NCBI GenBank assembly: GCA_011170325.1
Contig: DUEX01000001.1
Coordinates: forward strand, 373-64,372
Direction: 5' to 3'
Source: Dehalococcoidia bacterium
GTDB lineage: Bacteria > Chloroflexota > Dehalococcoidia > GIF9 > UBA5629
Length of the DNA stretch: 64,000 nt
Shown: in pieces, positions 1-10,459 of the stretch
How the letters are laid out: each line of letters starts with the position of its first letter
Position numbering within the stretch: the stretch's first letter is position 1
Made by a program: the position numbers and the translations under genes
The notes under the pieces: generated by a model
The model's database searches: none
What the model was told of the DNA's origin: nothing
The model's input: only the letters and a program-made list of their open reading frames with translations

Positions 1-881
1 AAACCAGATACACGATAATAAAGAAGCATGAATAGCACTATTAATACCAGCCCAATAGCTCCAGCAATAAGGCTCTTTTGAATAGAGTCAGCCCCCAGCG
101 TGGCATCAACATCCTGTTCCTGAATAATCTTCAACGGCACATCTAACGAACCAGAGTTGAGCTGAATGGACAGCGTCCTGGCTTCATCTATGGCCAAACC
201 GGTGATAACACCTCTCTCCTCAATTACTGCCTGAACTGTCGGTGCTGAGATAATCTCATCATCTAGAAATATGCCCAGGGGCTTATGCAGGTTGCGCTTG
301 GTAATCTGCTCGAAAAGAACCGCGCCTTCCTCATTCCACTCAAAAGCCACCTGCGGCTCATTAGTCTGCGGCTCCAAAACCACGCTGGCATTGGGTTTAA
401 GATACTTACCCGTAAGCTGCTTTTCCTCGCCTTCAGTGCCGATAGCCATAGCCCTAATCCACTTTGGGTTGCCTTCCTCATCAAGCACTGGCTCCCCAGC
501 TTCGTCAAGCTTCGCCTCTCTGAAATCAAGCTGAGCTGTCTGCCCGATAAGCTTGATAGCTTCGTCAATATCCCTCACTCCGGGAAGCTGGACTAGAATT
601 CGGTCACGGCCTTGTCGCTGGATTATCGGCTCGGTAACACCATAGGCATTGACTCGCCGTTCAATTTTCCCTACCACCCCCACCATAGCATCATCATCGC
701 TCTGCGATGGGTCTTTTTGAGACAGGTCGGCTTCGTAAACCAGGTGGCTGCCACCCCTCAGGTCAAGACCAAGCGTTAATCCCTGCTTACCCAGTCTTTC
801 GCTATCCAGTGGCACGATCGCCCAAAGGGCAAAGCCAAAAAGGAGCAGGATAAGAACTAGCAACCAAGCTCTTTTTCCCAA
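1..881 (-). CDS. secD: Protein translocase subunit SecD, N-terminal part; the gene continues past the window start.
   Basis: Reverse-strand translation runs off position 1 without a stop. The N-terminal TM helix is followed by DLRGGSHLVYEAD, LDDEIISAP and LNSGSLDVPL motifs typical of SecD. Probable TTG start near 881. The six-frame track omits it because it is not stop-bounded at the 3' end. Confidence 0.8.
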   Translation of the reverse strand, partial: MGKRAWLLVLILLLFGFALWAIVPLDSERLGKQGLTLGLDLRGGSHLVYEADLSQKDPSQSDDDAMVGVVGKIERRVNAYGVTEPIIQRQGRDRILVQLPGVRDIDEAIKLIGQTAQLDFREAKLDEAGEPVLDEEGNPKWIRAMAIGTEGEEKQLTGKYLKPNASVVLEPQTNEPQVAFEWNEEGAVLFEQITKRNLHKPLGIFLDDEIISAPTVQAVIEERGVITGLAIDEARTLSIQLNSGSLDVPLKIIQEQDVDATLGADSIQKSLIAGAIGLVLIVLFMLLYYRVSG

Positions 882-989
882 CTGACTACCTAACTCTTCA
901 CGATATTAACTGATATAAATGCAAGGCTTTAGAGAAACCCAGAAAAATTGCAGATTTTTTGGGAACCCGCTTAGCCTCGCCAAACAACC

Positions 990-2474
990 TTAGAGAGTTA
1001 CACCACAATGTCGGTTCTCCAGTTTCTTACGCACCAGAGCTATGGCCTCTTCCTTCATGCTCAACTCACCAGCTGCCTGAGCTTCACGCACCATGTTCAA
1101 AAGCTCACCAATCAAGGGCCCCGGGCTCAAGTCAAAAATAACCATTAAATCATGCCCATCAATCAGTTTAATTGGCAAAACCCTAGCCCGTTGCTTGAAA
1201 TGCTCAGTCAATATATAGCTTATCAACTGATTATGCTGCTGCCATTCCTCGACATTAAGGCTAGGTCCATGAGTTGCCAGATAATCAGCTAAAGCTAAGA
1301 ACAGAATGTCGATGCCACCACCCCCAGTATCCCTAAAATAACGGTAAATAGCTCGACTAGTAGGTAAACCGTTATTCGCCATCTGAGCAGGACGGAGATG
1401 ATGATAAACCAGACTCTCTACCAGTCCTATCTCCCGACTGCTAAACCGTAGCCTTTCTAAGATGGCACTTACCATAGCTGCGCCCTCTTTAGCATGCCCC
1501 AAAAAACGCATCTTGCCTGTGTCATCAATTATCTTAGCCCTCGGCTTGGCAACGTCATGCAGCAATCCAGCTAGCTTGAGCAACTGCCTCCGATTACTGC
1601 CGCTAGAAACCCCCTCATCAAAATGCTGGCTTATCTCCTCCGACCATGGAGTTCCCGCTAACAAGTCCTTTTTACCATACTTCCAGTCACCCTCCCGAAG
1701 CAAAAACTCTAAAGTCACCACCGTCTCCACAGAATGGTCGAAAACATTCCAATAATGCTCCTTAGGTTGCTCCACCCCCTTCATTTCAGCCAGCTCAGGA
1801 ATTACTTCGGTGAGCAAAGCTAATTCGTCCAAATAACGCACCAAATCACCGGAACAGGGCAAAGCCAGCAGCCTGAGCACTTCCTCTCGCAACCTCTCCC
1901 CGGGAACTAACCTAGCCAATTGGCAATTTTCTCGAATCAAGTTTTCGGTCCTTGGTTCAATTTTAAAACCTAACTCCGCGGCTAACCTAACCGCCCGCAG
2001 CAATCTTGCTGCATCCTCCTCAAAAATCCGCTGGCTTACTACCCGCACTAACCCTGTCTTCAAATCACTTTCACCAAAGAAAGGGGCAATAAGTCGAGGT
2101 GAACTAGAGACAAAACCTTGAAGCTCCACTGCCATAGCATCTATAGTAAAATCTCGTCGCGCCAAGTCATTTTCAATGTCGCCTGAAAAAGAGGCGAAGT
2201 CCAGATGCCATGGTTGCCTGTCCCCCATAACTACTATTCTAGCCACTCTATTGGCTTCATCCAGCAATACATACCTGCCGTCAATAGCTTTAGCTACTTC
2301 CTGAGCTATACTTAAGGCATTTCCATTGACAGCAATGTCAACATCAGATGTCTCCCTGCCAAGGAGACAGTCGCGGACAAAACCACCAACCACATAAGCT
2401 TGGCAATTGTGCTGGGTTAAAATAGCAAACACCTTAGCTAGAAGACCAAGTAAATCTTGCTTGATGACAAACAC
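990..2474 (-). CDS. cca: CCA-adding tRNA nucleotidyltransferase / poly(A) polymerase family protein with an HD domain
   Basis: 494-aa ORF. The N-terminal head domain carries the GGxVRD...DxD nucleotidyltransferase motif (VVGGFVRDCLLGRETSDVDIAV), with an HD-type C-terminal region. Confidence 0.75.
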   Translation of the reverse strand: MFVIKQDLLGLLAKVFAILTQHNCQAYVVGGFVRDCLLGRETSDVDIAVNGNALSIAQEVAKAIDGRYVLLDEANRVARIVVMGDRQPWHLDFASFSGDIENDLARRDFTIDAMAVELQGFVSSSPRLIAPFFGESDLKTGLVRVVSQRIFEEDAARLLRAVRLAAELGFKIEPRTENLIRENCQLARLVPGERLREEVLRLLALPCSGDLVRYLDELALLTEVIPELAEMKGVEQPKEHYWNVFDHSVETVVTLEFLLREGDWKYGKKDLLAGTPWSEEISQHFDEGVSSGSNRRQLLKLAGLLHDVAKPRAKIIDDTGKMRFLGHAKEGAAMVSAILERLRFSSREIGLVESLVYHHLRPAQMANNGLPTSRAIYRYFRDTGGGGIDILFLALADYLATHGPSLNVEEWQQHNQLISYILTEHFKQRARVLPIKLIDGHDLMVIFDLSPGPLIGELLNMVREAQAAGELSMKEEAIALVRKKLENRHCGVTL

Positions 2475-2905
2475 TGACCCAGATTATATCCTCAGGCAGG
2501 TGGATTGTAAAGACTACTTCGAAGCTGAGAGCTCAGTAACTGCTTCAAAGACATTGATGCGCCCCTTACCAACACTGCTGATGCCAACCTCATCACAACT
2601 GCTGCCAATTGTGATGGTTTAAACCACTTCACCCCTCCTGTATATCACCGAATGGTCATAGTCCCATATAGGAATTTAGTCCCAATTAATCCCCATCTGA
2701 TTGGTCATGTTTCAGTTAAGAATTTAGTCCTGATAGCCTAGGGTCAGATATAAAAGTGGACGAAAGTAATATGTCAAAACCATTGACTTCACAAGAAGTA
2801 ACCTGTTAATGTTAAGCGATTTAGCATGAGCCTTAATCCCTAAGTACAGATTGATGAATCTCGCAGTAGCAAATTCGTTGCCAAGGCAAAATATAGGCAG
2901 AGTTA

Positions 2906-3664
2906 ATGAAAAACCCAGCTAACCTAGAAAGAGAACCGTCCTCGGCTCGAGCCAGGCAAACACTAGAGCTCATCTCCTTTCTAACCCATGAATTCAAGAC
3001 CACGCTAACCTCCATCATTACCTCCGCTGGCTTACTAGTTGAAGAATTAGCTCTCTCCCCCGATGACACTAAAGCTAAGCTGATCAGCAACATTTTAGCT
3101 TCGGCTCATAATCTTGAAGCTCGAGCATCAGAACTTCTAAACTTAACCAAATTAGAAGCTGAAGGCTTCCACCTGGAATTAGAGCCAGTGGACACAAATA
3201 CCATTGTTTATAGCGTCGTCGATCAGCTATCGCCGATCGTTCATAGCCGAGACCAATCCTTAACTCTAAACCTAGCACCTCGTCTCCCCACAATTATCGC
3301 TGATTCCTTAAGGGTGGAACAGATTTTGCTTAACCTTTTGTCCAATGCCACCAAGTTCACCCCACAGGGCGGCAGTATATCCCTAACAGTGAATAGACAG
3401 AACGGCTACATAGTCATCGAGGTTCAAGATAGCGGTCCTAGCATACCACTCGAAGAACAACACAAAATCTTCCAACCTTATTATCAGCTTAAAGGAGATA
3501 AGGAACACATTCTTGGGATAGGCTTAGGGCTTGCCCTATGTAAACATCTGGTAGAGCTCCATGCCGGTAAAATATGGGTGGCAAGCGAGCCAGGCAAAGG
3601 CAGTACCTTTGCTTTCTCCCTACCCCTAGGGACTAGTCAGGAGCCAGTATCCAATAGCCAGTAG
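2906..3664 (+). CDS. Short soluble sensor histidine kinase (HisKA + HATPase_c only)
   Basis: The H-box (FLTHEFKTTLTSI) lies about 25 aa from the N-terminus. N-box and G-boxes are present (LLSNATKFT, GIGLGLALCKHLVELHAGKIWVASEPGKGSTF). No TM or sensor domain. Confidence 0.7.
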   Translation: MKNPANLEREPSSARARQTLELISFLTHEFKTTLTSIITSAGLLVEELALSPDDTKAKLISNILASAHNLEARASELLNLTKLEAEGFHLELEPVDTNTIVYSVVDQLSPIVHSRDQSLTLNLAPRLPTIIADSLRVEQILLNLLSNATKFTPQGGSISLTVNRQNGYIVIEVQDSGPSIPLEEQHKIFQPYYQLKGDKEHILGIGLGLALCKHLVELHAGKIWVASEPGKGSTFAFSLPLGTSQEPVSNSQ

Positions 3665-3889
3665 GTCCAGGGAGAGGGAGCACGTCGTCCAAATTTTTGA
3701 AGGCTTAGTGGTGTGGCAAAAGGCTCATCTGCCGCTCGTTCGGGACAGGCCTCGCAAAGACGACTCTCTATCATTGTAAACTCCATGAGTGAGATTCTTC
3801 CTTACGCTCAGAATGACGAGTAGGCTTGCTAAATAACCTGTGCTATCTCTACTTGTTAGCTATGTCCTGCCACGCTATAATTAAGCACG

Positions 3890-5002
3890 ATGCTTTATCA
3901 GCGTCTGGTAGCCAAATTTGGCACCAATCTACTTACGGGTGGTACTGACCATCTTGACCCTGAGATTATGGCAAGCCTAGTGGAGCAAGTGGCTCAGCTC
4001 CACAATCAGAGACACGAAGTAATTATCGTGTCTTCTGGAGCAGTTGCCGCCGGAAGACAGAAGTTAGGGCTGACTAAGGAACGTAAAGATATCCCGTTTA
4101 AGCAAGTGCTTGCCTCAGTAGGGCAAAATCAGCTTATGCATGCCTATGAGCGGCTTTTCAGCCAGCACAATATAACTGTAGCTCAGGCACTCCTGACTAA
4201 ATCTGACCTTAGTGACCGCGCTGGCTACCTGAATGCACGAAATACTCTATTAGCTTTAATTGAGTTAGGTGCGGTTTGTATCGTTAATGAAAATGATGTG
4301 GTTGCCACAGATGAGATCGGTGAGGTTAAATTCGGAGATAATGATAATCTCTCAGCGATGGTGGCTAATCTGGTGGATGCTGACCTTTTGATATTGCTCA
4401 CTGATATCGATGGTTTGTACACTGCTGACCCACAGCACGACTCCGATGCTAAGCTTATCCCTAAAGTAGAAAAAATAGATGCTGAGATCGAGCGTTTAGC
4501 CAGCAAGCCCTCCACTCCTCACGGAGTTGGTGGCATGGCAACCAAGATTGAGGCTGCCCAACTAGCGACCTCCTCCGGGGTAACTGTGGTCATTGCCAAC
4601 GGACAAAAACCTGATATCCTGAGGCAAGTTGTGGCTGGTGAGAGTTCTGGTACTCTATTCTTGCCCCGAAGTAGCAAATTGGAAAGTAAGAAACGCTGGA
4701 TGCTCAGTGGACTTGCCTCTAAAGGTAGATTAGTAATCGATGGTGGGGCTGTTTTGGCTCTCAGGAAGCAAAATAAGAGCCTGCTTCCAGCCGGAGTTGT
4801 CAGCGTGGAAGGGGAATTCCAGCGCGGCGATGTAGTAGACATCTTCGACACGGAGGGTGGCCATATCGGCTACGGTATACCTAACTATAATTCCAAGGAT
4901 GCCACTACTATCAAAGGAGCCCATTCTGAAGCAATATCAAGCATTCTCGGCTATGAGTACGGTGATGAGGTGATTCACCGAAATAACATGGTGCTGATGT
5001 AA
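3890..5002 (+). CDS. proB: Glutamate 5-kinase with C-terminal PUA domain
   Basis: 370 aa with amino-acid kinase fold motifs (VIIVSSGAVAAG, GVGGMATKIEAA) and a PUA-like C-terminus. Sits directly upstream of proA. Confidence 0.9.
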   Translation: MLYQRLVAKFGTNLLTGGTDHLDPEIMASLVEQVAQLHNQRHEVIIVSSGAVAAGRQKLGLTKERKDIPFKQVLASVGQNQLMHAYERLFSQHNITVAQALLTKSDLSDRAGYLNARNTLLALIELGAVCIVNENDVVATDEIGEVKFGDNDNLSAMVANLVDADLLILLTDIDGLYTADPQHDSDAKLIPKVEKIDAEIERLASKPSTPHGVGGMATKIEAAQLATSSGVTVVIANGQKPDILRQVVAGESSGTLFLPRSSKLESKKRWMLSGLASKGRLVIDGGAVLALRKQNKSLLPAGVVSVEGEFQRGDVVDIFDTEGGHIGYGIPNYNSKDATTIKGAHSEAISSILGYEYGDEVIHRNNMVLM

Positions 5003-5048
5003 GGGGTATAATGATAGCTAACATTCGCTGTGAACTAAGGGGGAAAAT

Positions 5049-6323
5049 ATGCCATCTGCTGTAACCGAACTTGAAGAAAAAGGCAAGGCAGCTAAGGTGG
5101 CTTCGAGAAGTCTCGCCTTTCTTGCCACTGAAGTTAAGAATAAAGCTCTGCTCAATATCGCTGAAGCTATTATGGCCAAGCAAGACGAAACTCTGTCAGC
5201 TAACAGTCTTGACTACAAGGAAGCTAAAGCCTCCGGTATGAGCGCAGCTATGCTTGACCGGCTTATGTTATCTTCAAGCCGCCTAGAAGCGATAGCTCAA
5301 GACGTGAGGATGGTGGCTGCTTTGCCTGACCCTGTAGGTGAGGTGCTGGAAGAGCGTACCCTACCCAACGGTCTGCAGCTTAGCAAGAAACGAGTCCCGC
5401 TTGGGGTTATCGGCGCTATATATGAAAGCCGTCCTAACGTTACCGTGGATATCTCTGTCTTATGTCTTAAGTCGGGCAATGCCGTTGTCCTTCGCGGTGG
5501 CAAGGAAGCATCGCGCTCCAACTTAGCTCTAGCCAAGGTGGTTCAAGAAGCTGCTTACCAGGCTGGAGTACCTCAGGGAGCAGTGCAGTTCATTGAGTCG
5601 ACAGATAGAGCTCTGGTCGATCGCATGCTTGAGATGAGGGGAATAATAGACCTTATGATCCCCCGGGGTGGCGCTGGTCTGATTAAGCTTATTGCTGAAA
5701 ATGCCACCATGCCTGTGGTCACCGGTGGAGTTGGTGTCTGTCATACCTATGAGGATAAAAGCGCTGACTTAGACAAGGCAGCGGCTATCGCCTATAACGC
5801 TAAAGTCCAGCGACCAACAGTGTGTAATGCTCTGGACACTCTCCTAGTCCACGCTGAAGTTGCCCAGCGTTATTTGCCTTTAATTGCCCAAGAATGGGGA
5901 GGGGCCAAGGTGGAAATGCATTGTGATGAGCGTACCTTGGCTATTCTCAAACCGATTCCTTCTCTAAAGCTTGTCCCGGCGGAAAATGAAGATTGGGGCA
6001 AGGAATTCTTGGCACTAATTGCAGCAATTAAGGTGGTTGACTCTTTAGATGAGGCGTTGGAACATATTGAGCGCTATGGCTCTGGGCACTCTGAAGCTAT
6101 AATTACTGAGGATAACTCAGCAGCTATGCGTTTTCTCAATGAGGTAGATGCTGCCTGTGTCTATGCTAATGCCAGCACTCGTTTTACCGATGGTGCTCAG
6201 TTTGGCTTGGGAGCCGAGATAGGCATAAGCACGCAAAAGTTTCATGCTCGTGGTCCGATGGCACTCAGGGAGCTGACCAGCTACAAGTGGATTATCATCG
6301 GCACCGGTCAGGTTCGCCCTTAG
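5049..6323 (+). CDS. proA: Gamma-glutamyl phosphate reductase
   Basis: 424-aa aldehyde dehydrogenase-like protein with the conserved catalytic Cys region (VCNALDTLLVH). Forms an operon pair with proB. Confidence 0.9.
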   Translation: MPSAVTELEEKGKAAKVASRSLAFLATEVKNKALLNIAEAIMAKQDETLSANSLDYKEAKASGMSAAMLDRLMLSSSRLEAIAQDVRMVAALPDPVGEVLEERTLPNGLQLSKKRVPLGVIGAIYESRPNVTVDISVLCLKSGNAVVLRGGKEASRSNLALAKVVQEAAYQAGVPQGAVQFIESTDRALVDRMLEMRGIIDLMIPRGGAGLIKLIAENATMPVVTGGVGVCHTYEDKSADLDKAAAIAYNAKVQRPTVCNALDTLLVHAEVAQRYLPLIAQEWGGAKVEMHCDERTLAILKPIPSLKLVPAENEDWGKEFLALIAAIKVVDSLDEALEHIERYGSGHSEAIITEDNSAAMRFLNEVDAACVYANASTRFTDGAQFGLGAEIGISTQKFHARGPMALRELTSYKWIIIGTGQVRP

Positions 6324-7045
6324 TGTAGTTCTTCTAGAGCCCTTTTCTGAACTTCAAATAATTGCTTGATTCCACTTTCGGCAAGGGAGAGCAAGGCATC
6401 GATAGTTTCTTTAGAAAAAGGCTTGCCTTCGGCTGTGCCTTGAACTTCTACAAATTCACCCCTATCGGTCATGACTACATTGAAGTCCACTCTAGCCCTG
6501 TAGTCTTCTTGATAACAAAGGTCGAGAAGCTTATCTCTATTTACAATGCCAACGCTGGTAGCAGCTACGGCGCTTTTCAATGGAATTGATGGCAGGATGC
6601 CCTGCTTCTTCAACTTATATAATCCTTGAAACAAAGCTATATATCCTCCAGTAATGGCTGCGGTTCGAGTGCCACCGTCAGCTTGCAATACATCACAATC
6701 TACAGTAAAGGTTCTTTCCCCTAGGGCAGCCAAGTCGGTGACAGCTCTTAAACTGCGACCGATAAGACGCTGGATTTCTTGACTCCTACCGGCTGCCCTG
6801 TCAGAGAAAGGATTACGGGGAGTGCGGGTATGGGTAGAGCGAGGGAGCATTGCATATTCAGCAGTAACCCAACCGACCCCTTCGCCTTTGAGGAAATTGG
6901 GAACTCTGTCCTCTACACTCACGGCGCAGAGCACCCTGGTACGCCCCAGTTCTATTAACGCCGAGCCTTCAGCAAAAGCTTGGTAGCCCAGACTAATATG
7001 CACTGGGCGCAGCTCATCATTTGCACGACTATCTATCCTCCTCAT
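6320..7045 (-). CDS. rph: Ribonuclease PH
   Basis: The RNase PH family N-terminus (MRRIDSRANDELRPVHISLGY...) starts at an internal Met of the 255-aa track ORF, with phosphorolytic exoribonuclease domain motifs throughout. Confidence 0.85.
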   Translation of the reverse strand: MRRIDSRANDELRPVHISLGYQAFAEGSALIELGRTRVLCAVSVEDRVPNFLKGEGVGWVTAEYAMLPRSTHTRTPRNPFSDRAAGRSQEIQRLIGRSLRAVTDLAALGERTFTVDCDVLQADGGTRTAAITGGYIALFQGLYKLKKQGILPSIPLKSAVAATSVGIVNRDKLLDLCYQEDYRARVDFNVVMTDRGEFVEVQGTAEGKPFSKETIDALLSLAESGIKQLFEVQKRALEELH

Positions 7046-7498
7046 CAGAAGTCCTTGCCTTGTCTCCTTATCATCACAGTATAGCATTGACTTGGCTGGC
7101 TTAACAACGCTTAAATCGGATGATACTGCAACATCTTGATCAGTCGAGGCTGAAAATAGAGGAGAGACCTCACAGCATCCCAGGATGACTCCAAAGTAAG
7201 CTAATCTTTGGGTTAAGAAGGTCTCTCAACTGAAGAGCACAACACAGAGACGAAGATGCTGAAGCGGATCTCTTATGGTTTGAAAAATGTAGAAGCTTGC
7301 TGAAGGAAGATGCTCCTGGGGTTTGTACCATCCCGTAGCTATTTGCACACAATTTGACAAAGAGCCCCTAGTCTTGATAAGCTAGGCTGGTTTGCAATAA
7401 AGTTACAGTATATAAACTAAGGCTGTAGAATTTGCTTTTCCATTTGATTCAATTCCTTTTCCTAAATAAGGCTCTATTTTAAGGGAGGTTGTATTCTT

Positions 7499-8437
7499 AT
7501 GAACAGACTTAAGCCAACTTGTTATCTGGCTTGTGCCATCTTGCTCCTAATGATATTCGGCGGGTTGATAACCCAGCCAATTGCCTTGGCAGTATCAGAG
7601 GGAATCACTGAGTCATCTTCGCCGCCACCAGGGCAAGAATCAACACCAGCCGAAGAGGTTGAGATCAGTTGCAAATATCCGGTACTACGTAACCCATCTG
7701 GCACCTATTTCGTCTGGGATGTCGAATTACGCTATAAAGGTGGCGAGCAACCGCATTACTTTGACCTTCGCCTCAATGCGCCAGCTGGTTTTGATACCGC
7801 AATTAGACAAGTCACAGGGGAGGAGAGGGAAATAGCGAGAATTGCCCTTGACCCGAAGAGGGAATACACGGAGATGGTTAGAGTTTTTGCTTCCCCATTT
7901 GTTTGGTCAGCAGTAGAGCCAGGAGAGTATGTTATAACTATGGAAGCTGTGGAATCCAGCCTAGGAGAGTTGAAGAATAGCATTGAGCTTACGGCCATAA
8001 TCACCCCCAAGCCTGACCTTGCTTTGGAGACAACTAGTGGCCGGCTCAATGTTGAGGCTATTGCTGGTAAGGATAACTTTTCTTCGATTATTATCACCAA
8101 TATTGGGTCAGCAGAACTCGAGAAAATTACCTTCTTCTCAGAGACAAAAGATAGACCCCCGGGCTGGATTGTAACCTTCAGTCCGGAGAAGATAGATTCC
8201 CTGCCACTAGGTAGTAAGCGAGAAGTCGAAGTTAACATAAAGCCACCGCAGAAGACCATATCTGGCGACTATATGGTCACCATAGAAGCTGAGCCCGAAT
8301 CTAAACTAGCTTGGGATATGTTGGAGATCAGGGTAACTGTGCTGACGCCTACAATTTGGGGCTGGGTAGGTGTTGGTATTGTAATTGTCGTTATAGTCGG
8401 ATTGGTGGTGATGTTCATGCGCTTGGGCAGACGGTGA
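7499..8437 (+). CDS. COG1470-like membrane-anchored beta-sandwich protein (signal/TM at N-terminus, single C-terminal TM)
   Basis: 312 aa with an N-terminal hydrophobic segment, a repetitive beta-rich ectodomain and a C-terminal TM helix (IWGWVGVGIVIVVIVGLVVMF). Lies immediately upstream of the ABC-2 transporter genes, as is typical for this family. Confidence 0.45.
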   Translation: MNRLKPTCYLACAILLLMIFGGLITQPIALAVSEGITESSSPPPGQESTPAEEVEISCKYPVLRNPSGTYFVWDVELRYKGGEQPHYFDLRLNAPAGFDTAIRQVTGEEREIARIALDPKREYTEMVRVFASPFVWSAVEPGEYVITMEAVESSLGELKNSIELTAIITPKPDLALETTSGRLNVEAIAGKDNFSSIIITNIGSAELEKITFFSETKDRPPGWIVTFSPEKIDSLPLGSKREVEVNIKPPQKTISGDYMVTIEAEPESKLAWDMLEIRVTVLTPTIWGWVGVGIVIVVIVGLVVMFMRLGRR

Positions 8438-8444
8438 ACATAAA

Positions 8445-9380
8445 ATGAGCCAGCAGGACGTTATTGAAACCACAGACCTAACCAAGGCTTACGGCGATTT
8501 TATTGCTGTCGATAAGCTCAACCTGCACGTGGGTGAAGGCGAAGTTTTCGGTTTCCTCGGTCCTAACGGCGCTGGCAAAACTACCAGTATACTCATGCTG
8601 CTCGGACTTACCGAGCCAACATCAGGCATTGCCCGAGTATGTGGTTACAACCCTACTAGAGAGCCACTTAAAGTGAAGCGTATTGTTGGTTACTTGCCGG
8701 AAAAGGTCGGTTTTTATGAAGATTTAACCGCCAAACAGAATTTGGAATATACTGCTGCACTAAATAATCTACCACGGGGGGATGCCTCGAAGAAGATCAA
8801 TGAGCTTTTGGATACAGTGGGACTATCTGAAGTAGCTGAACAAAAGGTCGGCAAGTTTTCCCATGGCATGATCCAGCGTCTGGGAATTGCTGATGTTATG
8901 ATTAAAGACCCTAAGGTTGCTTTCCTTGATGAGCCCACAGCCGGGATAGACCCCGAAGGCATCGACCAAGTCCTTACCCTTATAATGAGCATGGCAAAGA
9001 AAAAAGTGACTGTCGTTCTATCCTCTCACCAGCTTCACCAGGTTCAGAGGATGTGCACCCGAGTGGGGATACTAGCCAAAGGACATCTAGTAGCTGAGGG
9101 ATCGGTAGACCGTCTGGGCAGGGATGCTATCGGTGGAGGCAAGTTTCGGATAGAAGCTCAGGTAGCACAACCCACTCCTAAGCTTATCAGTTCCATAAAC
9201 AAAATTAAAGGTGTGATAAATGTGGAAAGTTCGGAGAACTCGCTACTTATTAGCTGTGATGAGGACTTAAGACCTCAAATAGCTAAGACAATTATTGATA
9301 GTGACAGCCTGTTGGTTCAAATGAAGATTGAGGAGTATAGTCTGCAGGAAATCTATATGAAGTATTTTCGCGAGTCTTAA
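8445..9380 (+). CDS. ABC transporter ATP-binding protein
   Basis: Walker A GPNGAGKTT, ABC signature-like SHGMIQRLGIA and Walker B AFLDEPTAGID. Confidence 0.85.
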   Translation: MSQQDVIETTDLTKAYGDFIAVDKLNLHVGEGEVFGFLGPNGAGKTTSILMLLGLTEPTSGIARVCGYNPTREPLKVKRIVGYLPEKVGFYEDLTAKQNLEYTAALNNLPRGDASKKINELLDTVGLSEVAEQKVGKFSHGMIQRLGIADVMIKDPKVAFLDEPTAGIDPEGIDQVLTLIMSMAKKKVTVVLSSHQLHQVQRMCTRVGILAKGHLVAEGSVDRLGRDAIGGGKFRIEAQVAQPTPKLISSINKIKGVINVESSENSLLISCDEDLRPQIAKTIIDSDSLLVQMKIEEYSLQEIYMKYFRES

Positions 9381-9382
9381 CT

Positions 9383-10222
9383 ATGTCTGGGTTAATGGCG
9401 GTTTTCTGGAAGGAGCTAGTTGACCACCTTAGCGGCTGGAGGTTCATAATACTGTTTCTATTTATTTATGCCGCTGGGTTATCAGCTTGGTGGATAGCAA
9501 ACCAATATATAAGGAGTGAGGTAACTGAAACTAGCAAGTTCATCTTCCTCAGGCTTTTTGCTGTTTCAGGAGGCGAAATAGGGTCCTTCCTTTTCTTTAT
9601 GTCTATTCTCTTACCTATAGTCGGTATTGTTCTTGGCTTTGATGCCATAAACAGTGAGCGGACGAGCGGTAACCTTAGTCGACTTCTATCACAGCCTGTT
9701 TACCGAGATTCGGTGATTAATGGCAAATTTCTGGCTGGGCTGGTTACTCTATCACTTTTGGTGATGAGCATAGTGGCTATTGTTGCTGGTTTAGGACTGC
9801 GTTCGATTGGTGTACCGCCGACCTCAGAGGAAGTTCTAAGACTTCTGTCTTTTGTCCTTCTAAGCATAATTTACGGCGCTTTCTGGATGTCTCTAGCTAC
9901 CCTTTTCTCAGTTTTTTTCAATCGGATAGCTACCTCAGCTTTGGCTTCGCTGGGCCTGTGGTTTTTTCTTTTCGTTTTCTTTCTTTTCGGCATTGTTAGG
10001 GTTTCGCCTATCTTCCTATATCGAGAGGCGGTCACCATGCTGCTACTGCCCAGGACGATGGCGGGAGTTAGTGTGGTGCCTGTAGATTTAGTTTTTCCTC
10101 TCCCTTTTGGGCAGAGCTTATTGCTCATCTGGCCTCAAATAGTAAGCTTGATTGCCTTAGCCGCTGTATGCTTCGCCGTCTCCTACATTAAGTTTATGCG
10201 TGAAGAAATAAGGCCGACCTGA
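9383..10222 (+). CDS. ABC-2 family transporter permease
   Basis: 279 aa with about six predicted TM helices. Translationally coupled to the upstream ATPase by a 2-nt gap. Confidence 0.7.
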   Translation: MSGLMAVFWKELVDHLSGWRFIILFLFIYAAGLSAWWIANQYIRSEVTETSKFIFLRLFAVSGGEIGSFLFFMSILLPIVGIVLGFDAINSERTSGNLSRLLSQPVYRDSVINGKFLAGLVTLSLLVMSIVAIVAGLGLRSIGVPPTSEEVLRLLSFVLLSIIYGAFWMSLATLFSVFFNRIATSALASLGLWFFLFVFFLFGIVRVSPIFLYREAVTMLLLPRTMAGVSVVPVDLVFPLPFGQSLLLIWPQIVSLIALAAVCFAVSYIKFMREEIRPT

Positions 10223-10459
10223 ACTCCGGCTAATTCTAAATAGATTATAAATAGACATGAATTAGACCAATGGTCCTTTCAAAGGCGAGTCCACAAATGA
10301 AAAATGGCCAGATAGAAGTAGAGGTACCTACACGAGAGAATACTACCGTGTATTCTGCTTTCTGAGTGGCATGTGGTACCAAAAGTCTAATGCTTGTGCT
10401 TATTCCAGCATGACAACGAGAAATGGCAAACTTACTTAATTCATGGCAGGAGGGCAAGG

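Noticed and set aside
263-596. Three overlapping track ORFs (263..568 reverse strand, 271..534 forward strand, 285..596 forward strand)
   Set aside because: They lie inside the SecD coding region in alternative frames, have Ser/Leu/Arg-rich low-complexity translations, and have no RBS. They are spurious antisense or alternate-frame ORFs.
4225-5183. Several reverse-strand ORFs of 64-110 aa overlapping proB
   Set aside because: They are antisense to a well-supported gene, have no recognisable domains, and are Ser/Pro-rich.
7170-7352. 60-aa reverse-strand ORF in the rph / COG1470 divergent intergenic region
   Set aside because: No RBS, and a Ser/Ala/Leu-rich translation. The region is more likely a divergent promoter.
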